A DNA stretch of 64,000 nucleotides, taken from an uncultured Roseicyclus sp. (GTDB lineage Bacteria; Pseudomonadota; Alphaproteobacteria; Rhodobacterales; Rhodobacteraceae). Location: assembly GCA_964615955.1 (NCBI GenBank), contig CAZTUG010000003.1:1226-65225 (forward strand). The letters run 5' to 3'. Numbering within the stretch: the first letter of the stretch is position 1; each line of letters opens with the position of its first letter. This document shows, piece by piece, positions 18,024-25,688 of this stretch. The position numbers were made by a program, and so were the translations under genes. The notes below the pieces were generated by a model that was not told where the DNA came from, searched no databases, and saw nothing but the letters and a program-made list of their open reading frames with translations.

Positions 18024-19525
18024 CCGAGCCACTGCTTTCGGCCCGGGATATCGGCGTGCGCTTTGGCGATATCGACGTGCTGTCCGGGGTGGATATCGAC
18101 ATCCGGCCCGGCGAGATCCACGGGCTGATCGGTGAGAACGGCGCGGGGAAATCCACGTTGGGAAAGGTTCTGGGCGGCTTTTACCGCGCAACCCATGGCA
18201 CGATCGCCGTCGCGGGGCGGCGGCAGGATCGCTGGGACACGCCCACGGCACTGGCCAACAGTGTCGCGATCATGCACCAGGAATTGCAGCTGGTGCCCGC
18301 GCTGACGGTCGCGCAAAACGTCTTCCTCGGGCTAGAGGACAACCGCCTCGGCGTGCTGCGCGGGACCGAAGCCACGCGTCTTGCGGCGCTGATGGAACAA
18401 AGCGGCCTGTTCCTGACGCCCGAGGCGCGCGCCGCCAGCCTGACGATCGCCGAGCAGCAGAAAATCGAGATCCTGCGCGCGCTTGCCCGGCGGGCACGGT
18501 TGATCGTGATGGACGAGCCGACCGCGTCGCTGTCGAAAACCGAGATCGACCAATTGCACCGGATCATGCGGAAGCTGCGCGACGAGGGGCGGTCGGTCGT
18601 CTACGTCACGCATTTCCTGAACGACATTCTCGACGTCACTGACCGGGTCACCGTGCTGCGCAACGGTCGCAAGGTGCATACGCGCGACACGTCGGGCGAG
18701 AGCAAGGAAACGCTCATTTCCGCGATGTTGGGAACGTCGAAGACCGAGACGCTGTATCCTGAGAAGACTTACGATTTCGGCCCGGTCGCGCTGTCCGTGC
18801 GCGATCTTGTCTCGCCGAATGGGGCCCGTGTCGACAGGCTCGATATCCGGGCGGGAGAGATCGTCGGCTTCGCCGGGCTGGTCGGCGCCGGCCGGACCGA
18901 GATTGCGCGCGCCATCATCGGCGCCGATCCCGCCGCGGGCGTCGTGGAGATCTACGGCAAGCCATTGGCCCGCCGATCCATCACCGAGGCCACCCGGGCG
19001 GGTCTTGCCATGGTCCCCGAAGACCGGCGCGGGCAGGGGTTGGTGATGACCCTGCCGGTTCGCGCCAATATCTCCTTGCCGCATCTGGGTTGGCTTTCGT
19101 CGCGCGGCGTGATGCGCAAGATCCGGGAACGGACGCTTGCCAAAGGCCTGATCGAACAGCTCGACGTGCGCCCGGCCATCGTGGACGGCGACGTGTCGAA
19201 CTATTCCGGCGGCAACCAGCAAAAGGTGCTGATCGGCAAGTGGCTGGCCGGTGCCCCGAAGGTGCTGATCCTCGATGAGCCGTCACGGGGCGTCGATGTT
19301 GGCGCGCGCGAGACCATCCACCGCGAGATCGGACGCCTGGCGCGGGAGGGCGTTGCGATCCTCGTGATCTCCAGCGAGATCGACGAGGTTCTTGGCCTTG
19401 CGACACGCATCTTTCTGGTCGACCGGGGCCGCCTTGTCGATGAAATCGATCCCGACACGGTCGGCGAGGCCGAGGTTCTGGCGGCACTGTTCACGCATCA
19501 AGGCAGGGAAGACGACGCCGCATGA
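18020..19525 (+). CDS. sugar-type ABC transporter ATP-binding protein (two fused ATPase domains)
   Basis: ATG at 18020 overlaps the hyuB stop. Walker A GENGAGKST, signature LSKTEIDQL / SGGNQQK, and two NBDs as in RbsA/MglA. Confidence 0.9.
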   Translation: MTEPLLSARDIGVRFGDIDVLSGVDIDIRPGEIHGLIGENGAGKSTLGKVLGGFYRATHGTIAVAGRRQDRWDTPTALANSVAIMHQELQLVPALTVAQNVFLGLEDNRLGVLRGTEATRLAALMEQSGLFLTPEARAASLTIAEQQKIEILRALARRARLIVMDEPTASLSKTEIDQLHRIMRKLRDEGRSVVYVTHFLNDILDVTDRVTVLRNGRKVHTRDTSGESKETLISAMLGTSKTETLYPEKTYDFGPVALSVRDLVSPNGARVDRLDIRAGEIVGFAGLVGAGRTEIARAIIGADPAAGVVEIYGKPLARRSITEATRAGLAMVPEDRRGQGLVMTLPVRANISLPHLGWLSSRGVMRKIRERTLAKGLIEQLDVRPAIVDGDVSNYSGGNQQKVLIGKWLAGAPKVLILDEPSRGVDVGARETIHREIGRLAREGVAILVISSEIDEVLGLATRIFLVDRGRLVDEIDPDTVGEAEVLAALFTHQGREDDAA

Positions 19526-20457
19526 CCCGGGCACAGATCCTTCATTTCCTGCAGACCTACGCGGTTCTGATCCTGATCGGCCTGCTCATCGTCGTGCTCA
19601 GCCTGTCGTCTGAGAACTTTCTGACGACGCGCAACCTGCTCAACATTCTCAACCAGAACGCACCGCTCGCGATCATGGCTTCGGCGATGACGCTGGTGAT
19701 CATCGTCGGCGGTTTCGACCTGTCGGTCGGGGCGATCTTCGCCGTGGGGTCGGTCACGGCGGCCTGGCTTGCGGTGAATGTCGATCCCTATCTCGGGTTG
19801 CTTCTGGGGCCCTGCGTGGGCCTCCTGTTCGGGATCGCCAACGGCGTCGTCATCACCGCGCTCAAGGTGCATTCGTTTCTCGCGACCATCGCGACGGCCC
19901 TCATCTTCAAGGGTATCGCCATCGCTGTCTCCGACGGGCGGCTGATTTCGGTGCGGATCGACGCGTTCATTTGGCTGGGTCGCGGCACCTTTCTCGGCGT
20001 ATTCAACTCGATCTGGGTCATGATCGGTTTCGCGGTGATCCTGACCTTCCTGTTGACGCAGACCACCTTCGGTCGGCGGGTCTTTTCGGTCGGCGGAAAC
20101 GAACAGGCGGCGATCCTGTCGGGAATCCGCACCGACCGCATCAAGATCGCGGCCTTCGCCATTGCAGGGTTCGCCGCCGGGCTCGCCTCCATCATCACCA
20201 CCTCGCGCGTTGCATTGGGGCAGGCGACCGCCGGCGAGGGGATGGAGCTTCAGGCCATCGCCGCCGTCATCCTTGGCGGCACCAGCATCTATGGCGGCCA
20301 GGGAGCGGTCTGGCGCTCGCTTGCCGGTGTGTTCCTGCTGGCGCTGGTCAACAACGGCTTCAACATTCTCAACATCGATCCGTTCTTCCGCGATCTGACC
20401 ATGGGTCTGATCATTCTTGCTGCAGTGGGGATCTCGGCAATGGGTGCGCGCCGCTGA
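19522..20457 (+). CDS. ABC transporter permease (RbsC/branched-sugar type)
   Basis: 311-aa polytopic protein. The motifs GGFDLSVGAI and VLGGTSIYGGQG are typical of RbsC-like permeases. Confidence 0.9.
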   Translation: MTRAQILHFLQTYAVLILIGLLIVVLSLSSENFLTTRNLLNILNQNAPLAIMASAMTLVIIVGGFDLSVGAIFAVGSVTAAWLAVNVDPYLGLLLGPCVGLLFGIANGVVITALKVHSFLATIATALIFKGIAIAVSDGRLISVRIDAFIWLGRGTFLGVFNSIWVMIGFAVILTFLLTQTTFGRRVFSVGGNEQAAILSGIRTDRIKIAAFAIAGFAAGLASIITTSRVALGQATAGEGMELQAIAAVILGGTSIYGGQGAVWRSLAGVFLLALVNNGFNILNIDPFFRDLTMGLIILAAVGISAMGARR

Positions 20458-20508
20458 TCGGGATATCAACACGCATCAGGAACAAGGTTGGGGGAAGAGG
20501 GACGACAG

Positions 20509-20720
20509 ATCACCACGACGGATCGCGAGTGCGTCTTCGCCCGGCACACCGGCATCGGCGGCCTGCAATTTCTGGATCCAGCCCCCCAAGACGCCGGACC
20601 CGGCGAGGTGCGCCTCAGGGTCGAGGCCTTCGCGCTCAACCGGGACGACATGGGTCGCATGCCGGGGCGCTATTCGGTCAACTTCGGCACCTTGCCCGCC
20701 CGTCTTGAACGCGCTGCCTC
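20509..20720 (+). pseudogene. zinc-type alcohol dehydrogenase/quinone oxidoreductase (MDR) N-terminal fragment
   Basis: ..RECVFARHTGIGGLQFLDPAPQDAGPGEVRLRVEAFALNRDDM.. matches the GroES-like N-terminus of MDR quinone reductases. Similarity is lost after about 70 aa, and no Rossmann domain is seen in any frame up to 21005. Confidence 0.4.
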
Positions 20721-20824
20721 CACCGGTCCCGCCGCGGAGGATCTTGCATTTGGGCCTCCCGCGCGCCGGGATCGCCCGCTGCGCCCTCCCGCACCCAACA
20801 ATCAATGAGATCTTCTCGCGTGAG

Positions 20825-20891
20825 CCCCCCCCCGACCGGAGCCCTCTTGCGTTCCGCACCCGCGCCCCGCGCACGCACCGCCCCCCCCCCC
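20825..20891. repeat. two homopolymeric C tracts (C9 at 20825-20833; C11 at 20881-20891)
   Basis: Counted directly in the sequence. They lie in non-coding or decayed DNA between convergent genes. Confidence 0.9.
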
Positions 20892-21005
20892 GGCACCGCC
20901 GCGCGAGACCACGGCGTCTCGCGCATCGCGATTCTCGGCGATGTCGGATCTCTGCCTGGCGCCGCCAAGCATCGGACCATGCTGCGATCGACATTCGTGA
21001 CGGTG

Positions 21006-22472
21006 TCAATTGCGCAAGGATCCACGATCATCCGTTTCGGGTTCTGCCGTTGCCACGCCCCAGACCGCCACGTTCAGCGGCAACACCCAGTCATCCGACC
21101 TTGCATATGCCAGATCGACGGCCGTGAGGTCGACCTCCGGGTCGACAAACAACTGTTCCGGGCGACCGTTCAGGGATTTCCAGATCTCGGCGCGAACCTC
21201 CACATCGCCATGGCCTGCATTGCGCCAGACCTCCTCCAGATGGGCTGCGAACTGGTGGATCATGTCCGAGCGGACCAGCATCTTGCCGGCCTGCCGCGCG
21301 GACAGGTATTCGGTCGGATCGACCGCCCAGACCTGATCGCCGGAAACCACGTAGAACACACCTTCGGCGCGGCGATCGTAGATCCGCATCCGCCACGAAA
21401 ACCGGTGGCCGTCGCCGCTCCAGCGAACCTCGGTCGGGAAGACGGCGGCGCGCAGCGGCAGCGCCACCTGCACACAGACCCAGCCGACCATGGCGACAAG
21501 GGCCGCCATCGGGATCAGACGGACCGGGCAAGACGCTTGCGTCACCGTGGTTGCGGGAAGCGCGGAGAGATCCTCCACCCGGCCATGCAGCCAGCGCGCG
21601 ACCCCGCGCGGCCAGTCGGGCGCAAAGAAGATCGTCGTCGCGGCGATGGTCAGCCATGGAAAGATGCCGATGTTGAAGAAGGCTGCGTTGGCGCTGTGGA
21701 AACAGCAATAGACAAGGAAGGTTGCCAGCCGCGTCCGCCGCCAGAGCAGAAGCGGTGCGCCAAGGACGTGCAGGGCGACGGTGGCCCACGCTCCCGCGAT
21801 GATGACCCAGTCGAACTGGAACAGGACTCCGAAGGGGAAATCCCCCGCCAGCGGTCGAAGCCAGAGCCCAAGCGGTTCGCCCGCCAGCCAGTCGGGCGTC
21901 AGTTTCACGAGGCCCGCGAAGATCAGCATGATCTCCATCTGCGTCCTGAGGATCGCGACCGACGCATAAGGCACCGATGTGCCGCGCACCCGGGAAAACA
22001 GCCATGCATCCAGTGACAAGGCCCTGTGCGCCGGCAGGAAGCACATCAGGATCAGGAACAGGATGACGAGGTAGAAGTGGTTGAGGTATTCCGCCTTGTC
22101 GAGCAGGAAGAAGTAGCTGAACAGCACCGTCAACACGACGATCGAGACGCGGTAGAACAGCCCCAGCATCACCAGCGCCGCCGAAAGGCCGACCAGCAGC
22201 CAGGCAACATGGATCCATGGCTCGGGAAGGGGCGTGACCCAGCCGAAACCGGCATAGGTGAAGTGGAACTCCGGCTCGACCCAGTAGCGATAGACACGGT
22301 CGTGGCGGATGAAGCGCCAGCAATCCACGACCATAAGCGCGCCCAGAGCGATGCGGAAGACCGCAAGCGACAGCGGCGATACCGGTCGGGACAGCACGGC
22401 GCGCAGGCGTTGGGCTTTGCCTGGCGCATCGGTGATGCGGTCGGCGGTTCGGGGATCGGCGAAGGTCGTCAT
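21006..22472 (-). CDS. HTTM domain protein, vitamin K-dependent gamma-carboxylase-like (HTTM plus lumenal/periplasmic domain)
   Basis: ATG at 22472, with GGGAGA 7 nt upstream. LAVFRIALGALMVVDCWRFI...FHFTYAGFGWV...LDKAEYLNHFYLVILFLILMCFLP is the HTTM signature. The C-terminal ~200 aa contain WSGDGHRFSWRMRIYDR, as in the VKGC lumenal domain. Confidence 0.85.
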   Translation of the reverse strand: MTTFADPRTADRITDAPGKAQRLRAVLSRPVSPLSLAVFRIALGALMVVDCWRFIRHDRVYRYWVEPEFHFTYAGFGWVTPLPEPWIHVAWLLVGLSAALVMLGLFYRVSIVVLTVLFSYFFLLDKAEYLNHFYLVILFLILMCFLPAHRALSLDAWLFSRVRGTSVPYASVAILRTQMEIMLIFAGLVKLTPDWLAGEPLGLWLRPLAGDFPFGVLFQFDWVIIAGAWATVALHVLGAPLLLWRRTRLATFLVYCCFHSANAAFFNIGIFPWLTIAATTIFFAPDWPRGVARWLHGRVEDLSALPATTVTQASCPVRLIPMAALVAMVGWVCVQVALPLRAAVFPTEVRWSGDGHRFSWRMRIYDRRAEGVFYVVSGDQVWAVDPTEYLSARQAGKMLVRSDMIHQFAAHLEEVWRNAGHGDVEVRAEIWKSLNGRPEQLFVDPEVDLTAVDLAYARSDDWVLPLNVAVWGVATAEPETDDRGSLRN

Positions 22473-22501
22473 GGCATGTCTCCCGTTTTCGGATCTCACG
22501 G

Positions 22502-22527
22502 GGAATTACGCGCCAGGTCGCGCGTTA
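22502..22527 (+). promoter_or_regulatory. ECF-type promoter candidate GGAAT-N16-CGTTA(ATCC) upstream of the DCC/poly-Asp operon
   Basis: -35 GGAAT at 22502-22506, a 16-nt spacer, and -10 CGTTA at 22523-22527. It is embedded in the imperfect palindrome GGAATTACGCGC-N6-GCGCGTTAATCC, so the opposite strand reads GGATT-N16-CGTAA towards the HTTM gene. Nearly the same motif occurs at 25635-25663. Confidence 0.45.
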
Positions 22528-22562
22528 ATCCCCCAGACATGTTGAAAATCTGGAGTCCGTTG

Positions 22563-22976
22563 ATGTCTGATCAGGCCCTGACGATCATTTACGATGGCCA
22601 ATGCCCATTCTGCGCTTCCTATGTCGCCATGGTGCAATTGAAAAAGACTGTGGGGCAAGTGGTGCTGGTCGATGCCAGAAGCGACGATCCGCGCGTGACC
22701 GCTTCGGTCGAGGCGGGCCACGACCTCGACCGCGGCATGGTGGTGCTGTGGCATGACGAGACATTCTTCGGTGATCGGGCAGTGCACTTGCTGGCCACGC
22801 TGACCGCCGCGGATGGCGGGATCGGCAGTCGCCTGCAACGGGCGGTCTTCCGCTCGCCTCGACGCGCGGCCCGGATCTATCCCGTTCTTGCGTGGGGGCG
22901 CCGCGCCTTTCTGCGGCTGATCGGGCGGCGGCCGATTGCCGGGCACCGAAAAGAAACTTCTGCCGGACGGGAATAG
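22563..22976 (+). CDS. DCC1-like thiol-disulfide oxidoreductase family protein (DUF393)
   Basis: MSDQALTIIYDGQCPFCASYV carries the family CxxC motif. ATG at 22563 has GGAG 8 nt upstream; an alternative ATG at 22539 would sit almost on the predicted -10. The first 170 aa of track ORF 22026.. are antisense to the HTTM gene. Confidence 0.85.
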   Translation: MSDQALTIIYDGQCPFCASYVAMVQLKKTVGQVVLVDARSDDPRVTASVEAGHDLDRGMVVLWHDETFFGDRAVHLLATLTAADGGIGSRLQRAVFRSPRRAARIYPVLAWGRRAFLRLIGRRPIAGHRKETSAGRE

Positions 22977-23039
22977 CCTCGGGTCTCGCCCGTTTTATGT
23001 CCGAGGCCCGACTGGCGGGTCCGAGCGAAAGGAAACCAC

Positions 23040-23303
23040 ATGACACATATGAAAACCCTGCTTGCGGCCACTGTGGCCGTCACGGCCCTGATGTCGGCAC
23101 CCCAGCCTGCACAAGCGCAATCCGGTGACCCGTTCCTGCGGTTGCTCAATTCGATGCTTCCGAACGCGCAGATGCGTCCGTCGCGCGGCGGCTGGGACGA
23201 CGATGACGACAATGGCCGCGGCAATTGGAACGACGACGACGACGATCGCGGTGGCCGCGACGACGACGACGATGACGGTCGTGGCAATGATGACGACGAC
23301 TGA
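23040..23303 (+). CDS. small secreted poly-Asp repeat protein
   Basis: 87 aa with RBS AAGGA. Signal peptide MTHMKTLLAATVAVTALMSAPQPAQA, then a tail WDDDDDNGRGNWNDDDDDRGGRDDDDDDGRGNDDDD. Same strand as the DCC gene and 63 nt downstream of it. Confidence 0.7.
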   Translation: MTHMKTLLAATVAVTALMSAPQPAQAQSGDPFLRLLNSMLPNAQMRPSRGGWDDDDDNGRGNWNDDDDDRGGRDDDDDDGRGNDDDD

Positions 23304-23351
23304 GCTGTCGGCACCGACTTCCCAGACTTCAACCAGCGACAGGTTCCCAAT

Positions 23352-23759
23352 ATGAAACCCATTTATCTTCTGCTTCCTGCCAGCGTCACGGCGCTGATGC
23401 TGCTCTCCACCTCGATCCACGCGCAAGCCGTGCGGTTCTCGGACGTGGACACCGACGGCAATGGCCGTCTGTCCTATTCCGAGCTGCAAGCCGCCTTCGG
23501 AACCAGCGCCGCCGATCGGATCTGGACGCGCAACAATGGCACCGAGATCAGCCGCGACGACATTCGCGCCATCAACGGAGCCGATGACGACGATGACGAC
23601 GGACGTGGTCTTGACGATGACGACGATGACGACGGACGCGATGACGACGACGATGACGGCGGCCGCGATGACGACGACGATGACGGCGGCCGCGATGACG
23701 ACGACGATGACGGCGGCAACGACGACGACGATGACGGCGGCAACGACGACGATGATTGA
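23352..23759 (+). CDS. secreted EF-hand plus poly-Asp repeat protein
   Basis: 135 aa with signal peptide MKPIYLLLPASVTALMLLSTSIHA. Canonical 12-residue EF loop DTDGNGRLSYSE (about 23448-23483). C-terminal tail ADDDDDDGRGLDDDDDDDGRDDDDDDGGRDDDDDDGGRDDDDDDGGNDDDDDGGNDDDD, encoded by a 27-bp tandem DNA repeat. Confidence 0.75.
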   Translation: MKPIYLLLPASVTALMLLSTSIHAQAVRFSDVDTDGNGRLSYSELQAAFGTSAADRIWTRNNGTEISRDDIRAINGADDDDDDGRGLDDDDDDDGRDDDDDDGGRDDDDDDGGRDDDDDDGGNDDDDDGGNDDDD

Positions 23760-23815
23760 TGCCGAAAGACCGTCATTTTCCTGAATGACCCCGACCGGGA
23801 CGTCCCATCCCCCCG

Positions 23816-23845
23816 CCCCGCACCGCCCCGTGCGGGGCGGTTTTC
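23816..23845 (+). terminator. rho-independent terminator of the DCC/poly-Asp operon
   Basis: CCCCGCAC-cgcccc-GTGCGGGG (8-bp GC stem) followed by CGGTTTTCGTT, 57 nt after the stop at 23759. Confidence 0.6.
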
Positions 23846-24286
23846 GTTCTGGTCTGGCGCAAACCGGCGATGGCCGCACGCTATCCCGCCTTCCCGGCTT
23901 GGGGACATGGCCGGATCGGCAGACTGGCCCAGGTGCATCAATGACCCATTTTGACAGTGGATAACGGCAGGTTCCACGTTCCCGGATCGGGCTTGCGCAG
24001 CCCCGGGGCCGCCTTGATCGCTCAACCAGCCGGGCGCTCGCGTGCCGGCGCAACCGACACGATCCAGCCCCGGGCAGAGGGTTGCGGTCGCTCGCTGGCC
24101 GTCACCCATGACCCAGGACGCACCCTGCCAGCATCCGATGCACGTGACTGGGGCTGGGGGCTGGGGACCGGGGCCGTGGACCCTGGCGCACGTCGCGCGA
24201 AAGTGGGTGCCGGTCTTGCGCATCTCGGACGCGCGCGATCAAAAGGGTGGCGTGGCTCGCGTGACCGCGGAAGAACGCGGCACGCC

Positions 24287-25069
24287 CTAACCGCCGAGAG
24301 CCGACAGGCGCGCGGCTTCTTCCTCGGGCGAAAGGGTGGGCCCGGCGCCAATGGCGTCGAGGTAGGTATCCAGCGTCTCAAGGGAAGAGGCCGGGGCATA
24401 GCCCGTGTCATCCAAACCCGACGACACCAGGGCAAAGCGGGTGCGCCATCCCCCTGCCTCGTGGCACACCACCGATACCGAGGTGCCGCTGTCAGGTGCG
24501 TCATATTCGAATTCGCGGCAGAACAGGCCGTCTCTGGTCAGGAACGACGCAATGATCGCCACCTCGCCAGGCCCTGCCGCCCCCCTCTCGCCTGCGGCCA
24601 ACCGGCCCAGGGCGTCTTCGATCCCCGGCGAGTCGAGCAGCGCAAGGCCAGGCCCGTTCCCCGTGTCGGGCCGGATCGCAAGGCTCGCGATGACCCCGCC
24701 GACCGCGCCGACCAGCAATGCGGCGCTGGCGGCAAGAGCCAGCGTGACGCGTGGGCGGGGCGGTGCCGCGGACACGGGAAAAGGCACCACCCGATCGGAG
24801 CCCGCTTCGGGCGCAGCGGTGGCGGGCGCGCCACGGGCGGCGGCCAATGTCGCCTCGACCCGCGCGGCAAGATCGCCCGGGACAGGCGCCTCGGGACGGG
24901 CAGCCCCAAGCGATCCCAAAAGGTCGCCGGTCTGCCGGAACATGGCGATCCGCGCCGCCAACGCGTCATCGGCGGCCTCTGCTTCGGCCACGCGCTGCGC
25001 CGCCGCGCGGTCGAGCTCCCCGTCGGCATAGGCCATCAGTGTTTCGTCGTCGAAATCGGTCGGGTTCAT
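24287..25069 (-). CDS. anti-sigma factor (single-pass membrane protein)
   Basis: 260 aa. N-terminus FDDETLMAYADGELDRAAAQRV is the typical anti-sigma N-terminal helix. TM segment VTLALAASAALLVGAVGGVIASLAI plus a ~120-aa periplasmic domain. Lies immediately downstream of the ECF sigma gene. Confidence 0.75.
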   Translation of the reverse strand: MNPTDFDDETLMAYADGELDRAAAQRVAEAEAADDALAARIAMFRQTGDLLGSLGAARPEAPVPGDLAARVEATLAAARGAPATAAPEAGSDRVVPFPVSAAPPRPRVTLALAASAALLVGAVGGVIASLAIRPDTGNGPGLALLDSPGIEDALGRLAAGERGAAGPGEVAIIASFLTRDGLFCREFEYDAPDSGTSVSVVCHEAGGWRTRFALVSSGLDDTGYAPASSLETLDTYLDAIGAGPTLSPEEEAARLSALGG

Positions 25070-25111
25070 TGCGTGTCACTCCTTGCCCCTCACGGATTAA
25101 CGCATGACGGA

Positions 25112-25603
25112 TCAGGTTATTCCCAGTTTTTCCGCCAGCGCCACACGGCCGCGCGCGAGGCGGCTCATCACGGTGCCCTTCGGGATACCGAGGATCTCGG
25201 CGGTTTCGGCGTAAGACATCTCCTCGAAACAGACGAGGGCGATGATCTCTTGATGTTCCGGGGCCAGCGTGGCCAGTGCGGCCTCGGTCTTCTGCAGCAT
25301 CAGGGTGCTTTCGGTCACGCGCGGACCATCGACCATCGCTGCTTCGGGCACATCGAAGATATCCACCTCCGTGCCGCGCGTCGCGAAGCGGCGGGTCTGG
25401 TCGATCCACGCATTGCGCAGGATGCGGAACAGCCAGGGATCCAGCCGGGTCTCGGGATCGAAGCGGTCACGCGCCACGATCGCCTTCTCGACGGTGATCT
25501 GCACCAGGTCGTCGGCGATGTCGCCCCGACGGCACAGCGACAATGCGAAACGGCGAAGCTTCGGCAGCGCCGCCACCAGATCCCGTTCGAATGCATCCCT
25601 CAT
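25112..25603 (-). CDS. RNA polymerase ECF sigma factor (sigma-70 family, group 4)
   Basis: 163 aa from ATG 25603. Region 2 DIADDLVQITVEKAI...DPWLFRILRNAWID and region 4 SYAETAEILGIPKGTVMSRLARGR. Track ORF 25112..26170 is over-extended (antisense to the S8 gene). Confidence 0.9.
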   Translation of the reverse strand: MRDAFERDLVAALPKLRRFALSLCRRGDIADDLVQITVEKAIVARDRFDPETRLDPWLFRILRNAWIDQTRRFATRGTEVDIFDVPEAAMVDGPRVTESTLMLQKTEAALATLAPEHQEIIALVCFEEMSYAETAEILGIPKGTVMSRLARGRVALAEKLGIT

Positions 25604-25634
25604 TTCCTGCGCCGACCCTTGCCGCGCAGGGCGC

Positions 25635-25660
25635 GGAATAAACCTTTGGTGCAGACGTAA
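25635..25660 (+). promoter_or_regulatory. ECF-type promoter candidate GGAAT-N16-CGTAA(TCC) upstream of the S8 peptidase gene
   Basis: -35 GGAAT at 25635-25639, a 16-nt spacer, and -10 CGTAA at 25656-25660, about 29 nt before the ATG at 25689. Same architecture and flanking ATCC as the motif at 22502-22531. Confidence 0.45.
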
Positions 25661-25688
25661 TCCTTTTGACCATGTTAAACCAGAAGAG

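Noticed and set aside
20805-22016. 403-aa plus-strand ORF beginning near the poly-C tracts (a possible phase-variable gene)
   Set aside because: Beyond 21006 it is simply the antisense of the HTTM gene. The part containing the C tracts (poly-Pro) has no supporting start context or domain.
22995-24053. 352-aa minus-strand ORF with long poly-Val/Ile/Ala runs
   Set aside because: It is the antisense reading of the GAT/GAC-rich poly-Asp genes (GTC/ATC codons). It has no start context and spans two plus-strand genes and their terminator.
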